Part shown: in pieces, positions 27,473 to 41,927 of the stretch
Numbering within the stretch: position 1 is the first letter of the stretch
How the letters are laid out: every line of letters starts with the position of its first letter
NCBI GenBank assembly: GCA_964016885.1
Contig: OZ024745.1
Coordinates: forward strand, 52,018,001-52,082,000
DNA length: 64,000 bases
Direction of reading: 5' to 3'
Source: Eledone cirrhosa
Lineage: Eukaryota
Translations under genes and position numbers: made by a program
Notes under the pieces: model-generated
What the model was told of the DNA's origin: nothing
Database searches by the model: none
The model's input: the letters and a program-made list of their open reading frames with translations, nothing else

Positions 27473-27964
27473 TAGTATCAGTGTATATCAATATTATCAA
27501 TAATCACAATAAATGCAGGTGAGAGTTGTGACATGGTTTTACTTCAAGGAAGTCAAATAAAATGTTATAAATAATTGTTAACACATGTAGATGTTGAGTT
27601 GGTCACAACTCTAAGACTGGAGTGTGTGTAGAAGAAGAGAAATTCTCTTGGTAGTCTAAAGTGTTTCTTTAGGCTGCCGGTTTTCTTCTTCTTGGGTGCG
27701 AAGGAAGTGAAACAGGAGTCACCTCTTGACAAGGTTTCAGGAGTTGTTGTCCCTTCGAAGTTCAGGAGTAGAGCGTGTCTTATGCCTTGAATGTCCTCGA
27801 CTATATAGTCCCCAGGGAGCGCAACTCCGTTTAGTACATGAATCTGCCGCTGGGAGTCGCGCCCGTCGCAAAGAGACATAACTCCTATATGTGCTGAGTT
27901 ACGACCGTCGTAAAGGGACGCAACTCCTATACGTGCTGAGCCGCAGCCGCAAGGGGCCGCTACA
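27473..27964 (-). repeat. 3' LTR
   Basis: Homologous to 32090-32586; begins TGTA on the minus strand right after the PPT. Confidence 0.9.
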
Positions 27965-27976
27965 GTACCCTCCTCC
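27965..27976 (-). other. Polypurine tract
   Basis: Minus strand GGAGGAGGGTAC directly before the LTR TGTA. Confidence 0.8.
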
Positions 27977-28138
27977 AGACGCTAGGCGAACAGCCCGAAG
28001 GTAACTATAGCAATCCCGCAAGCATGGGCTCCCAGCACAGGCATGAAATATCAACGCAAGGGGTACATGTATGAAATCAGGCATGAAATGGTAAAGAAAA
28101 GGTAGATAGTAATATAATAAAGAGAAAAACAAAAAAGG

Positions 28139-31100
28139 CTACAGTGGCCAGTTCACATGAAAACAGTTTGGCAGAGTTTGTTTCCAAAAAGGCTCCAGTG
28201 GCCAGTTCATGTGATACAAGTTTGAATGAGTTCCTTGGGCCAGTGGACTCTTCGACCGGAACGGGGGTGGCAAAGAAACAGGTGCGTGTGCAAAAGAGAA
28301 AGATGGGGGTGTATGTGGCTCAGGTGTGTGAGCATCTGTGTGGGCCCGTTTAAATCTATCAACCGCAATGGTCTCTCTGGATCCCTTAATGTCTACAGTG
28401 AAATGTTTATCAGAACGAGCTAATACACGGTAGGGTCCAGAGTACGGTTGTGTGAGAGGTGGTCTCACGGCATCGTTTCTTACGAACACATGTGTCCACA
28501 AGGCAATATCCCTCGGGACTGCAGCTTTAATAGTTTGTTTCCTAGTATTTATGGGCGGTAAGTCCGAAAATAGGAGCGCAAACGAGATACGTAGGAAACA
28601 GGGTCCTGAAAAGCAAGATCAACAGGGACAAGCATTTGCCCAGGCAACGCTAGAGGAGCACCATACAATATTTCGGCCGGGGAAAATCCAAGGTCCTCCT
28701 TTATTGATGACCGAATTCCTAACAACGCAATAGGAAGGTACTCGCTCCAACGATGAGAGTCTGGATAGGCGCGAAGAGCGGCCTTTAATTGGTGGTGGAA
28801 TCGTTCCACCATTCCGTTTGAAACAGGATGATAGGCTGTGGTCCGAATCCGTTGAGCGCCAATGATCTTTGTGAGATCAGAGTAAAGATGAGACTCAAAT
28901 TTTCTACCACGGTCTGTGGTGACTGTAGTTGGTACCCCAAAGCGGGTAATCCACCCTGATACCAGAGCACGCGCTACAGTCTCGGCAGTTATATCTTGTA
29001 AGGGGACGGCTTCAGGCCATCGCGAAAAACGATCGATACAGGTCAAGAGGTAGGAATATCCAATGCTGAATGGCCAAGGTCCAACGATGTCAATGTGAAT
29101 GTGTTGAAACCGAGCACCTGGAGTACTGCAAGTACCAAGTGGTGTCCGGATGTGTCTGACGGCATCAGAGAGTAATTTCTCACCTCATATTGGGCCAGAA
29201 ACATCTAGCCGTTATAAGCTTTACTGTGGCAGAAATTCCTGCGTGAGAAATGCTGTGCAAAGCAAGGAACACAATTCGACGGTGAGTCTCAGGAACAAAT
29301 GGTCGTGGTGAATCCGTAGATACATCACATAGAATCTGCCTGTCGGTGGTTGACAAGGGCAGATATTTGAAGATGCAAGTCGCAAATTCGGCAGAAAGAG
29401 TTTCCAACGATTGGAGTGCAAGTTGGTCGGCAGCTAAACGACCTAAGTCGATCTCCTGGGATGACGAGATGGAGCAGATTGGCAAACGTGACAATGCGTC
29501 TGCAGCTATGTTATGCGAGCCACCAATGTGCTGTATATCATTTGTAAATTGCGAAACGTAATCCAGGTGTCTTGTCTCTCTGGGCGAATATCTGTCGGCT
29601 TTAGCCCTCAAATCGAAGGTCAGAGATTTGTGGTCGGTTAAAACAGTAAAATTTCTCCCTTCAAGAATATGAGAGAAATGTTTCACCTACAGATATATGG
29701 CTAATAATTCCCGCCCAAACGTGCTGTAACGCGTTTCTGCTGTTTTCAGCTTCCTCGAGAAAAATACCAAAGGTTGTTGGTTTCCAGTGTTCAACTGCTG
29801 TAAAACTGCTCCCACAGCGGTATCAGATGCATCAACACAAAGCGAAAGCTTGGCCTCTGGTACTGGGTGGGCTAGCAACGATGAACTGGCGAGTGCTGTC
29901 TTGGCAGTCTGGAAGTATTGAAGCTGTCCTTGTGTCAAGGAAATATCCTCATTCTTCTTACGACAACTTTTCGGAATGTCAGTAAGGGAAGATAGCAAAT
30001 TAGCACAATGAAGAACGAAACGCCTAAGGAAATTGATAAGGCCTAAGAAGTGACGCAACTGTTGAAGTGTAGTAGGCGGAGGTAAATCCTGTATGGCTTG
30101 AACTCGCTAAGGGAGCGGGCTAATACCTTCAGCGTCGATGAGGTGGCCTAAAAAATTTAGCGAATTGGAACCGTAAACACACTTTGCAGGATTCACATGC
30201 AAGCGGTAATCCTGAAGTCGCCGAAATAAGAGATGCATGTGGCGCATAAACTCTTCAGGAGAGGAACTAGCGACGAGAATATGTAAGCATAAATAAAGTC
30301 CAGACCACGAGTGACTTCGTCTATGAAGCGCTGAAAAATGCTAGCGGCGTTCCTGAGTCCAAAAGGCATGGTCAAAAATTCGAAGGATCCGAAAGGTGTT
30401 GTAATCGCTGTTTTCGGAATATCCTCCATTCTGACCGGAATTTGGTGGTAGGCTCGCACTAAATCTAGTTTTGAGAATATCTTACACTCCTGAATGAAGA
30501 TGCTAAATCCTGGAGCTGGGGAATGGGATACCTATCCGGGACGGTCATAGCATTTAACCTCCTATAATCCCCAGTGGGACTCCAGTCGCCAGAAGTCTTG
30601 GGTACCATGTGTAACGGTGAAGCCCAAGGACTCGTAGATGGGCGAATAATGCCCAGCATATGGTCGAACTCGGACCATGCTACCTTTAATATGTCCGCCG
30701 GTAAGCGGCGTGGACGTGAGAACACTGGGGCGCCAGTTGTAGAGATAAAATGCTGCGTTGTGTGAGTCGGTTCGACAACTCGAATACTTCCCTGAGTAAG
30801 CTCTGGGAAAGAATTCAACAATACATGATAGGGATTCGCAGCATTAGTGATAAAAAAGTTCGGGCTAACCGTTGGAAAATTAGCTTTCTGCCCACGAATT
30901 GAAAAACCGGTGATGTCATCCACCAGGCGTTGGCCACGGACGTCCACAGTCAAAGAGAAGTTGTGGAGGAAGTCCGCTCCTAAAATAGGGTGTGGCAAAT
31001 CGGCAACCGTAAAAATCCACTTAAAATCCTTACGAAGATTTAGGAATTTGAGAGGAAGCGAGATTTGCCCGTACGTTTTTATAGACGAGTGATTAACTTC

Positions 31101-31262
31101 CTGCAGAGTAACGGATGACTCTTCGGGGGTATCATTCAGGGAATGGACCGGCCAAATACTACAGGGGGCTCCTGTATCCACGAGGAAACCTCTTCCCGAC
31201 ATAAGGTCCTTAATGAAGAAATGGCGGTTTGGTGGATTTATGTTGATGTCAACTGCCTCCAT
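28139..31262 (-). pseudogene. Gypsy pol (protease, RT, RNase H, integrase), multiply frameshifted
   Basis: FLVDTGA; [39 protein letters not shown]; DASDTAVGAVLQQ, RELLAIY, TDHK; [30 protein letters not shown]. Confidence 0.95.
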
Positions 31263-31273
31263 CAGCGGACCTC

Positions 31274-31520
31274 TTAGGCGTTTCTCGCCTTATGAAACGA
31301 GCAAGGTTGCACGCAGTGGTTCGTTCTCTCGGCGAATAGCTCATGGTTCCAGCATAAAGATGAAGCTGGTGATTTGGAACGGCGTCTGAAAGATTGAGAT
31401 CTCCCGCGGCTGCGAGGGCGTGAACGGGCTCCACACCAGACCTTCATCTTCTGGAGCTCCAGGGAGAGTTCCTGAATATACTCCTGCATCACCATAATGG
31501 CTGAATGAGATGCCATTGTT
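31274..31520 (-). pseudogene. Gypsy gag C-terminal remnant
   Basis: RS-rich stretch followed by CWNH..F......C..PCSF, matching the CWYH..FG..A..C..PC motif. Confidence 0.8.
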
Positions 31521-32064
31521 ATACCGTAGGTAATTTGCCAAATAAAAATCGTCTCGGTTGGAAAATGTCTCGAACACAACAGAAAAGGAAAACAAAATCG
31601 CTTATTTTTCTCTGTAAAACAACTGCACAGGAAAAAGAATGCATCCGGGACAATATGCAAAGGAGCGACTAACCGAGCGATGTCATTAATAAGGTATAGG
31701 TGGGGAACTTAAAACTAAAACCAACATTGTGGGCTATTTCGCGACAAAAACACTATTGATGGAGAAGAAAGCCGCCATCTTGTCATCCTCAAAATTTTTA
31801 GCCCGAGAAAAGGAGAAAAGGAGAAAAAAAAGAAAAAATATTCGTACAATTGCTGTTTGTTTGTGAGTAAATAACTTTGGGTGTTCGTTTTGCACATATG
31901 AAGAGTTTGATGTTAAGTGTTACAAAGAAATATGTTTAGCTCGATCAATACAGCCATATCAGAATCAAGTGTGTTGTTCTGTATTAAATGTTTTTTTTTG
32001 TTTTCTCTCTCTTTTTTTTTTATATACAAATGGTACCGTTTCCCATTTTTTTTTAATTTTTAAA

Positions 32065-32078
32065 ACGTCAGGTCACCA
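32065..32078 (-). other. Primer binding site, tRNA-Trp-like
   Basis: Minus strand TGGTGACCTGACGT just inside the 5' LTR; close to the complement of the tRNA-Trp 3' end (TGGTGACCCCGACGT). Confidence 0.65.
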
Positions 32079-32080
32079 AT

Positions 32081-32586
32081 TTAGGAGATTAGTATCAGTG
32101 TATATACATTTTATCAAGATTGACAATAAATGCAGGTGACAGTTGTGACATGGTTTTACTTCACAGAAGTCAAATAAAGTGTTATACATAATCGTTACCA
32201 CATGTAGATGTTCAGTTGGTTACAACTCCCAGACTGGAGTGTGTGGAGAAGAACAGAAAATCTTCTCTTGGTAAGGTTCAAGTGTTTCTTTAGACTGCCG
32301 GTGTTTTTCTTCTTGGCTGCGAAGGAAGTGAAACAGGAGTCATCTCTTGACAAGGTCTCAGGTGTTCTTGTCCCTTCCAAGTTCAGGAGTAGAGCGTGTC
32401 TTATGCCTTGATTGTCCTCGACTATATAGTCCCCACGGGATCGCAACTCCGTTTAGTACATGAATTTGCCGCTGGGATAGGCGCCCGTCGCAAAGGGACG
32501 TAACTCCTATACGTGCTGAGTTACGACCGTCGTAAAGGGACGCAACTCCTATACGTGCTGAGTCACAGCCGTAAGGGACCGTTACA
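32081..32586 (-). repeat. 5' LTR
   Basis: Homologous to 27473-27964; contains a ~41-bp internal duplication (GTCG.AAAGGGACG.AACTCCTATACGTGCTGAG). Confidence 0.9.
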
Positions 32587-32924
32587 ATCTCACTCTCTGA
32601 TTATCGTAAACACTATCCGAAGAGGAGAACTGGTCAACATCGTCGGATGCTTCCGAATCCGCAGTTTTTTTTTTCAGAGTTCCTCTCTCCTATAAAGGTG
32701 TTGTGACAACAACTGGGGGCCTTTACCAAATAAAAAATGCACTCTTTAGATAGCAATTGACTCTGCCGAGTTCCTCCGCCCTTTGCCGGGTGTCCAAATA
32801 TGACCCTACTCACCAAGAAAGCTTGGTGGGGTTGCCAGTTTAGTCTCCGATGACCCGACACCATGTACTGGGTTACATTCTACCTGTAGCACTCGAGAGC
32901 GACCCGACACACACACACACACCC

Positions 32925-32955
<31 letters not shown>

Positions 32956-32962
32956 CCACACC

Positions 32963-33012
<50 letters not shown>

Positions 33013-33394
33013 TTTATATATAAATACATATATACATACATATATACATACATGCAAATATAGTAGAGCTTATATGAGGCAATGTTAATGTATCGTAAAC
33101 GTAGCTAGCTGTGACGTGTACGTAGCTAGTTGTGAGCTGAACTTAGATTAAGGTGTTCTTTTATATAAAATTCTGTTTAATTGTTATAGCTTGATTACTT
33201 TAATTTAATGTTTCGTCTTGTTTCTCACACCAATGTATAGCGCTTTGGTTTGCGTCAGACGAAGTGACTCAGGGGTGGGGTCCAGCAGTATGGTTGGTAT
33301 GGGTCGAAACTGTCAAATCCATCTCAACGGCCGATGGCGCTGGAGTTCTGTGCCTTTTGCTTTTATTTGGTGGGACATTCCTTCATAGCTTTCA

Positions 33395-33925
33395 TCTTTT
33401 AGGCTGCTGTATGAGCATAACTATTTATTTCCTCAAGAGCCATTTCGATGAATTTCCTGCTAATGTTCGAGACATGAGCGATGAGCATGACGAGCGCTTC
33501 CATCAATATATCAAGGTTATGGAGGAGATATATTAAGGTAGATGGAACACACATCTGACGGCAAACTACCTTTGGAGTATTCAAGGCGACTGCGTAGACA
33601 TGAAACCCTCCAGGGACTCTCGTAATCGAAAATTTGCGCCATGAATATGTTGATTAGTCTACGATTGTTTGTGCTTTATCCATTTTATTTCAGAATTAGC
33701 AAGATTTATTTCATAAAAGGTGCCATCTTATATTTCATCTATCATATCAGATTCTATAGACATTAGATCTTGAGGTTCATACAGGGCATGTTAAAATAGG
33801 GATGTGCTATAGAATGAAAACCTGATGTGTGAGGTGGAAATTGATATCATATTTGAAATCAGCACCTCAAAATTAGCTTAAATCCAGAACAAAACCTAAG
33901 TCAGTGAATAATGTGTTGATCAGTG
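33395..33925 (+). mobile_element. Chapaev-3 (CMC) DNA transposon 3' fragment
   Basis: LGCCMSITIYFLKSHFDEFPANVRDMSDEHDERFHQYIKVME..Y*GRW matches the transposase C-terminal motif; ends GTTGATCAGTG (CACTG-type TIR) with subterminal TTTGAAATCAGCAC. Confidence 0.75.
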
Positions 33926-34701
33926 TAAGCAATCATTCAATAAATCGGGTAATGTACTCTGAATGCGAAAAGATTCCGACCGATGAACCTCGGTCAACTT
34001 TGTATCTGCCTGCGGGAAACTTATTCATATTTTCCCACTTCAACGTAGTGTGATTTACGATAACTATTGACATCTATGTTTAGATGATTACAATTCAATG
34101 GTGCCTAAATTAAACGAGTGTTTACGATTCTAGTTACAGTTTTATAGGTTTCTAAAATAAAAAAGGAGGTCCTCACGAACATCTCAGGGTAATGTTTAAC
34201 ACTCTCGCATGTTATCCGAGAATTAAGATGTACGATGACTACAGGTGCATCTCTACCCTTTTTACGTCTCCATGAGTGGTTAGCTTGTATTTTCCAAATT
34301 TAATTTAGATTAGCCGATCTTAATTATTGTTGTTTGAACTGGGATGGATAAATTTTAAATTCCCAATTTCGCCAACGACTTTTATATTTAAACTTCTAGC
34401 TTCCCGCTTAAAAAAACTTTTAATGTTGGGACATCAGTGACCAAGGAATCATTCCCAAATGGTATATGCACATGACCCACATTAAAAAAATCCGGAGTTC
34501 AGTACCTCACATGCCATTTTGTTTACCATCTCGAATAATTTACCCGAATGTTTCAACTATCATTTATAGTGATCTAGTCCTATAATAATTTGGTAGAACA
34601 TATCAAATTTCCACAGTGTTTCTTAATTCAACAGGACAAACATGCATGTATTCTAAGATGTACGCGTATATAGATTTATGCAATCATACTTGCATACAGA
34701 G

Positions 34702-34747
34702 ATACTACTACTACTACTGCTAATACTACTAAAACTAATACTACTAT

Positions 34748-34803
<56 letters not shown>

Positions 34804-34820
34804 TTACTACTACTACTACT
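34702..34820. repeat. (CTA)n microsatellite
   Basis: Read directly; it produces the spurious poly-L and poly-S ORFs. Confidence 0.95.
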
Positions 34821-35198
34821 GATGCTGCTGCAGCTGCTTTTGTTGCTTAACAAACTATCCATATATATATATATATATAAAAACGCATATAATTTGAAAT
34901 ATATGTTAGGATTGAAATTGAGGTATTGCTTTAAATTGGTGTAAATCATCCTAATTAACTTGTAAGCTGATAGCTGCCTATGCAACGTTTAATTACCTCA
35001 AATATTAATAGAATTCTTATTAACAAACTTAGTCCTCAAATTACACACGCACGTTTCTCGAGTGCGAAGTTTATCAATTAAACGAAGGTAGTCGTATTAT
35101 AGATTTTGTCACATATATGGATCATCAATATCCATTAACAGTTAACTTATTAATCACAGAGGGTATCTGACATCCTCCCTCTCCCTCTTTCCCTCCTG

Positions 35199-35287
<89 letters not shown>

Positions 35288-35629
35288 TCTCTATCTCAAT
35301 TTATTCGTATCTGTGTCTGTATTTCTAAATTATCTTCATCTCTCGCTCTCTCCCACTTGTTCTCTCAATCACCATATCTCAATTGCTTCCATTCACTTTG
35401 TGTGTGTATGCTTGTGTTTGTGTGTTTGTGTTGTGTGTTTGTGTTTATCTCCCCGGTTATGTCCGATTCTGTGGGTATGTACTTATAGGTTATGATGTGT
35501 ATTTGTGTATTTAGTATTTTAATAGAGGAAGAAATAACAGCAATATATACAACGGGTGGCAATACCAGCAAAATCCATTGCTTCGTTATAGAAGGCATGC
35601 ATCAAGATTACATATATATTTGTGTTTGC

Positions 35630-36068
<439 letters not shown>

Positions 36069-37151
36069 TATATAACTGCATTCTTTCTTTCTATGTTGAC
36101 TATGTTGAAAATTAAACCTCTTTTAATCATTCCGTGAGAGTATCTTCGTAAGTCTATGAACCTTTCAGGCGACTCTCGTTTTACACGTCTTCGGTTAAAT
36201 TCTCTATTTCTTTTGTAGGAATAATTCTTAATTGAATATTAGATGTAGAGAAAGGCATTCTATTGAACCTGACCTACAAGATTAATGTCAGTATTCCTTT
36301 TGGAATAAGACGTTGTTTAGAGTTCGAATAGTTGATGTCATTACATGATATGCACATATTTCAATGTTACAAAAAAAAGAAGAAAATGTAAACTGACTGG
36401 TATTGAAACTTATCGACCTGCGATAGTAAGCTAATTACATGATGGCGTTTGAATTTGGCTGTTTCTATTTTTCATTCAGACACCTTATGTAATCGTGACT
36501 GATAGGAAATAGTACGTGTTCAGGAACTCTCATAGACAAACACGTAGCCAAAATATGTCTCTAGTATTACATTTATAGAATACATTTTAAATGATTGCAT
36601 TTATTTTGTTATAATCTATCTGTCCAAAAAAGCAAATATGTACGTGAGCGTCTTTATATATTTGTTAGCATGACGAGAACAAGATATTCTTTTACATCTT
36701 AAACTTCTGTTTTATTCCGTGTCTCTTATCAAGACATTGTTTTCTTGAAATTACATTTGCTCTTCGTGTATCTGAATTTTCAAACTGGAGACTATTGCCT
36801 TAAGCAAGTATTCGTACCACATTGTCTTACACGTAATGACTTACTTACAACTCAAAACTGCTTACCCACCTTAATTTGGTCATTTGTTTTTGTTATTTTA
36901 GATTGGTTTCCTAACTAAAGATAATCGACTTTAACTACTTTATGTTTTCTCATCATTCATTCTCCATAAGTTTTGGATTTGTGTTTGACTAACTCTCGTT
37001 GCATAAACATTCGCTAAACAAGGAATCTATATTAGATAATAATTTATCTTGGATGTTTTACCTAATCTCTTAATTTTAACTTACTCTATTCTTTTATGCT
37101 CTCTTTACGCCATACACACACATGCAATATATGTGTGTGTGTTTGTGTGTG

Positions 37152-37212
<61 letters not shown>

Positions 37213-38636
37213 GGGTTGTGTGTGTGTATGTGTGCTGGAAAATATTAACTCTATATAGCAGATACTAAAATTGATGGTTAGATTATCAGCCTTGGTGAAT
37301 TCATGTCATTTGCAAGACAGTAGAATAAATAATAATTATAATTATATAATATCGGTTGTGTGATGCGAAAACCCCACATAAGAGGTGAATTTCGTTTTCA
37401 GTAGCATATTTTAGTTAGAAGAGTCTATGTTAGTTTACTTATTCCAATTATTGTAGTGTATATTACATCTATATCAAGAAAAATAATCACTTATATATAA
37501 ACAATGTGAAAGAAAATTGGTTTTGTAATACGATTGTTCTGATTCCGCTATATGAATATTTATTCGAACGTCAGCGTGTATCAAATGATCAACGGGTAGT
37601 TAATTTAGAAAAGGAAACGTCTTGAGACATTTCATTATAAATGGATGAATTACTTGACAGCTATTATCTATTTCTGGTATCCCTAGTGCCTGGTTGAACA
37701 AATCCATCTTCTCTTGATAATTCATGTGTTGATTTAGATGTTTCTTCCAAGTCCCTGTACATTTCATTAATCTTCGATAACACATGATGAACGAATTCAA
37801 GTATATAATTGCACCAACTACCAAACTTCATCTATTTAATGTATTTCCTGTACATAGTAAATTTTACCGTTTTCGTTTGCGGTTGACATATTCGGTGGTA
37901 AATTACTACACGTGCCGCAGCAAGTTGTCAATGTTTTTGAGAAGCCGGGTCCCAAATAGTAGAAGGAAAATGTAGGGGATATATTTATTTTAGATATTTC
38001 GATTTTTATTTACATCAATATATCAAATTAATTTATCTTTCAAATATTGTATCTCATCTATATTTATTTTCTATTATATGTAATGTTTTGTAATGGAGAA
38101 ATATATATTGATATGTTACTCATGTAAAAAGGAGAAAAAGTATTGATATTATTAAAGCCATTTCCACATATTTTTGTTTTGTCTTTCTGTATAACCGATC
38201 ATTTTTGTTTATGTTCAATATGTTTTTATAATTGAGAATCCGTTATATCTTTACATTAACTATATTCTATATAGAAGTGGTTTATTCGATTATTATAAAT
38301 GTTTCTTCAAAGTAAATATCCTTTTATGACCAAATCTATATTGATGGTAATATTAAACAGTGTCAGATCCAACCTAGGATTTTCTTTCATCAATGTATAT
38401 AAAAGAACGTGAAATTTTGTATTGTCAGATAAACCATCTTAATTAATGCGCGTCATCGTATAGGATACTGATTTCAATTTCCACAGAGGACTAATATGTT
38501 TTTCCTTTGGAAACATTTATCAAATAAGTAAAAAAAAATGCACGTGGGTGACACACACAAACATACACTTAAACATACACTCAAACAAACACACACACAA
38601 ACAGAGTCACACACACACAGACACACACACATATAT

Positions 38637-38703
<67 letters not shown>

Positions 38704-39570
38704 TAAGTGTATATATATATGGAATTATTAAAATTGGTACAATGTTTGTGGAATGTGTGTTAATTGTTGTCCATGTTTTGATGTTAATACAGTATACATA
38801 AATGGTTCGCCTTTTGTTTCGTGGATATCTCTATAAAGTACAAATATCGAATTATAAAATTTTGTACATATTCTGTATGGAAACCTGTTTCGATGGCACC
38901 TTGTGGTAAGTGCACGTTTAACCAAAAGCAAATTCCCACTGCATTTGTGAACACTGTGTCAATATTTATCACGATATTCCATGCGTCCATGTTCACATTT
39001 AAGTTTTTATACCACATTTGTCATCTGTATTACGTTTGGTGATTTACCAATCTGCAGTTTCTGATTATACAACTTCAATTTATACCTTTTATTATTATTA
39101 TTATTATTATAGTTTCATGTATTCGATTGATTCTCTTTATATATGCTAGTTGAGAGTTTCATTTGGAGCTGTGAAAATATCTTTGAACACAACCTAAATT
39201 TACTCGCTAACAGTTCGGCCAACTTGGCCTTCCTCTTTTGAGAAAAGTCACGAGATGACATAGGCGAATTTAATACTATAATAGAATTCCTCAATGTTTC
39301 CCAGAAGAAACACGTTGGATAATTTGCGACAAACTCGGCCAATGATGGAGATCCCCGTTCCATCATGGGAATGCAATTTTGACTTGCCTATCCATTAGGC
39401 AACACGAGTTATTTTTATCGATTTCTATCAATACCTGTCTACTTGAGACGATCCAGGTTAGCCATCGATCTATGAGTATTTATCCTAGTTGTTGTTTGAG
39501 TATGGCCATGTACATTTGGTCGTTTTTGTTGGTGTCACAATTTCTTAATTTTGTGTTCACTCTTGACGTA

Positions 39571-39611
<41 letters not shown>

Positions 39612-39751
39612 CAAGTGTAATTTTCTACACAAAACGAGGGTTATAGAGAAAATTGAGGTTGGTAATGGCACATGGAATATATAAGAGACAGAATACATTT
39701 TTGTGAAAAAACATATAATTTTATAAGGTAAGGAAATAATAAAGGGTATAA

Positions 39752-39799
39752 AAAATGACCAGTTTCGATGGGTCTGCAAAAGCCATCTTTTCAAATGTT
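39752..39799 (-). ncRNA. Hammerhead motif with U3/A8 core
   Basis: Minus strand AACAT-TTGAAAA-GATGG-11nt-CCATC-GAAA-CTGG-TC-ATTTT, ~140 nt from a (TA)n run. Confidence 0.55.
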
Positions 39800-40112
39800 G
39801 ATTAATATTAAGAAAAATTAATAATACGAAGAGTTAAAATTTGAGATTTGAAAATTCAAGTATAAAATTCATTGTGGGATTTCATAGTAGTTTTCATCTA
39901 GGTAGCAACAACAAGTTGACTGTTGTGTCCCTTTCTGGTAGTGAATGAGAAGTTATTTGGGGTGTGGGTTATTTTATAAAGGTCAGATTTAGCAATGGCC
40001 AACTGGCCAGCTGCTGGTCAGTGAGGGGGTGGAAGCAATATACATACATATATCTTCCTGTGGTGGGTAGGAGAGTGGAGCGTGATAGAAAGGGATTTAG
40101 TGCACTTACACC

Positions 40113-40167
40113 TATATATACACACATACCTTCATCCACACATACATACATATACATATACATCCAC

Positions 40168-40214
<47 letters not shown>

Positions 40215-40293
40215 CACACACACATACACACACACATACATATACGTACACACATACACACACACACACACACATATATACACATGCACACAC

Positions 40294-40326
<33 letters not shown>

Positions 40327-40385
40327 TATATATATACACATACATCCAGATACACACATACATACACACACACACATATATATAT

Positions 40386-40423
<38 letters not shown>

Positions 40424-40521
40424 CCACACATACATACACACGCACACATATATATACATACACACATACAAACATACACACACACACACACATATATATA
40501 CACATACACACACATATATAT

Positions 40522-40552
<31 letters not shown>

Positions 40553-40722
40553 CACATACGCATACATCCAGATACACACATACATACACACACACACACG
40601 CGCACACACAATACATACATCCACATGCACACACATACATACACACACACATATACACATACATACACCCACACACAGAGAAATGGCCTCCAAATATATA
40701 TATATATATACATACACATATA
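40113..40722. repeat. Compound (CA)/(TA) microsatellite
   Basis: Read directly; source of many spurious long ORFs. Confidence 0.95.
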
Positions 40723-41007
40723 TTTTTTCCATAATATAAGAAGTTGGGACAGTGAAATTAAAATACAAGTCATTCTGATCACATTTAGTTCTTCATGTAG
40801 ATTGAGCCCCGCAACCGACAGTGGTGAATTCTGTGTGCGCATATATATATATAGATATATGTGTGTGCACATGCAGCCTTTAACATGGATGTGTTGGTCA
40901 CACAAAGGCATGGTCTGTCAACGAATAAACCTGATTCTACAGAATTGGTCTCTGGTCTTTAATAGTAGTGATTCCGTGCGTATGTGTGTTTATATTTTAT
41001 GACAATT

Positions 41008-41400
41008 CTATTGGGGTGATAACCCGTTTAGTTTTGGTTTAAATTTGTTAAGGAATAGATTTTCTTTGTTTATTCTTTGTTGATGTGTGAACGAATCTGA
41101 GCACTTGTAGAAGGGGAAGATTTTAAAGTTGGGTAGTGTCATTCCTGCGCAGTTCGCAATATGGCTGCGCAAGGGGATTTTTCTTGTGTTAGCGTCCCGG
41201 ATTTGTTGGCGGTGGATGGTCATTATTTTGCGTAATGAGGTGCCCGTCTGTCCTATGTAGTTGTGTTTGCCAATGTTCGTCTATCAGGTGTTTGCAAGAT
41301 TCTAAAATGTATTTATACTTATTTCCCTGAATAAATGCTCTATTTGTAATCCCATACCTGAATATGAGAGTTCTTTTTTTGTGTTGGATGTAGTGGAAAA
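41008..41400 (-). pseudogene. PLE GIY-YIG endonuclease fragment (Neptune-like)
   Basis: NYIGQTGTSLRKIMTIHRQQIRD...IPLRSHIANC....FKIFPFYK.....R..KE..F..KFKPKLN. Confidence 0.8.
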
Positions 41401-41927
41401 TGCATAGGAGTTTCAGAGAAAGATATATGAAGCAGAATTGCAATGAGAAGAAAACGGGCATTCTTCTGATTTTCATTATGATATCAACAGCCTTCAATTC
41501 CGTGAAAAGTTCATCACTGTAGAAAATTGCCAACTTTTTTGTCAGTCGTTAATTAAATAATTCACAATGCGTTACAAGCATCGATGTTGCCTTATGTGGG
41601 CCGAAAGCTATATAACATATAAAAGAAAAATGAAAACAGAATCCTATATGTGTTAATGGGTGGGTTTGATAGGATAGACTAAATATTCTTTCAAATCTGT
41701 TTTACCACATGATATCAATCTATTGTTTGAAACTGTAAAACACGAAAAAGATCAGCTGTATCGAATAATACACTTCTGTAAAACAGAGCTTAAAATAAAG
41801 GAAAATATACCGACCTATTAAGTAACAGAAATGGAAAATGCCTATTACCCCATCAGTAATTGGTTACACTGAAATGATACAAGCATTTCCGAAAAGTAAT
41901 TGAAAATTAAAATGTTTGCATAGAAAA

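Larger units (their letters stand above)
27473..32586 (-). mobile_element. Gypsy/Ty3 LTR retrotransposon, decayed
   Basis: Two ~500-bp LTRs, PBS, PPT, and gag-PR-RT-RH-IN order on the minus strand. Confidence 0.95.

Noticed and set aside
27860-27964. Short direct repeats in the LTRs as a CRISPR-like array
   Set aside because: Only 2-3 adjacent units, no unique spacers, eukaryotic LTR context.
32529-32547. 17/18-nt match between the LTR internal repeat and the SINE (TCGTAAAGGGACGYAACT)
   Set aside because: A match this short with one mismatch is expected by chance in an all-against-all comparison of 64 kb, and it does not extend.
39115-39560. Possible further degenerate GIY-YIG fragment on the minus strand
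   Set aside because: Only a vague resemblance (SLAEFVANYPTC); the catalytic motifs are not readable.
39964-41002. Long ORFs of YI/HT/VC repeats, here and in many other places
   Set aside because: They are translations of (TA)n, (CA)n and (TAGA)n microsatellites, which lack stop codons in some frames.
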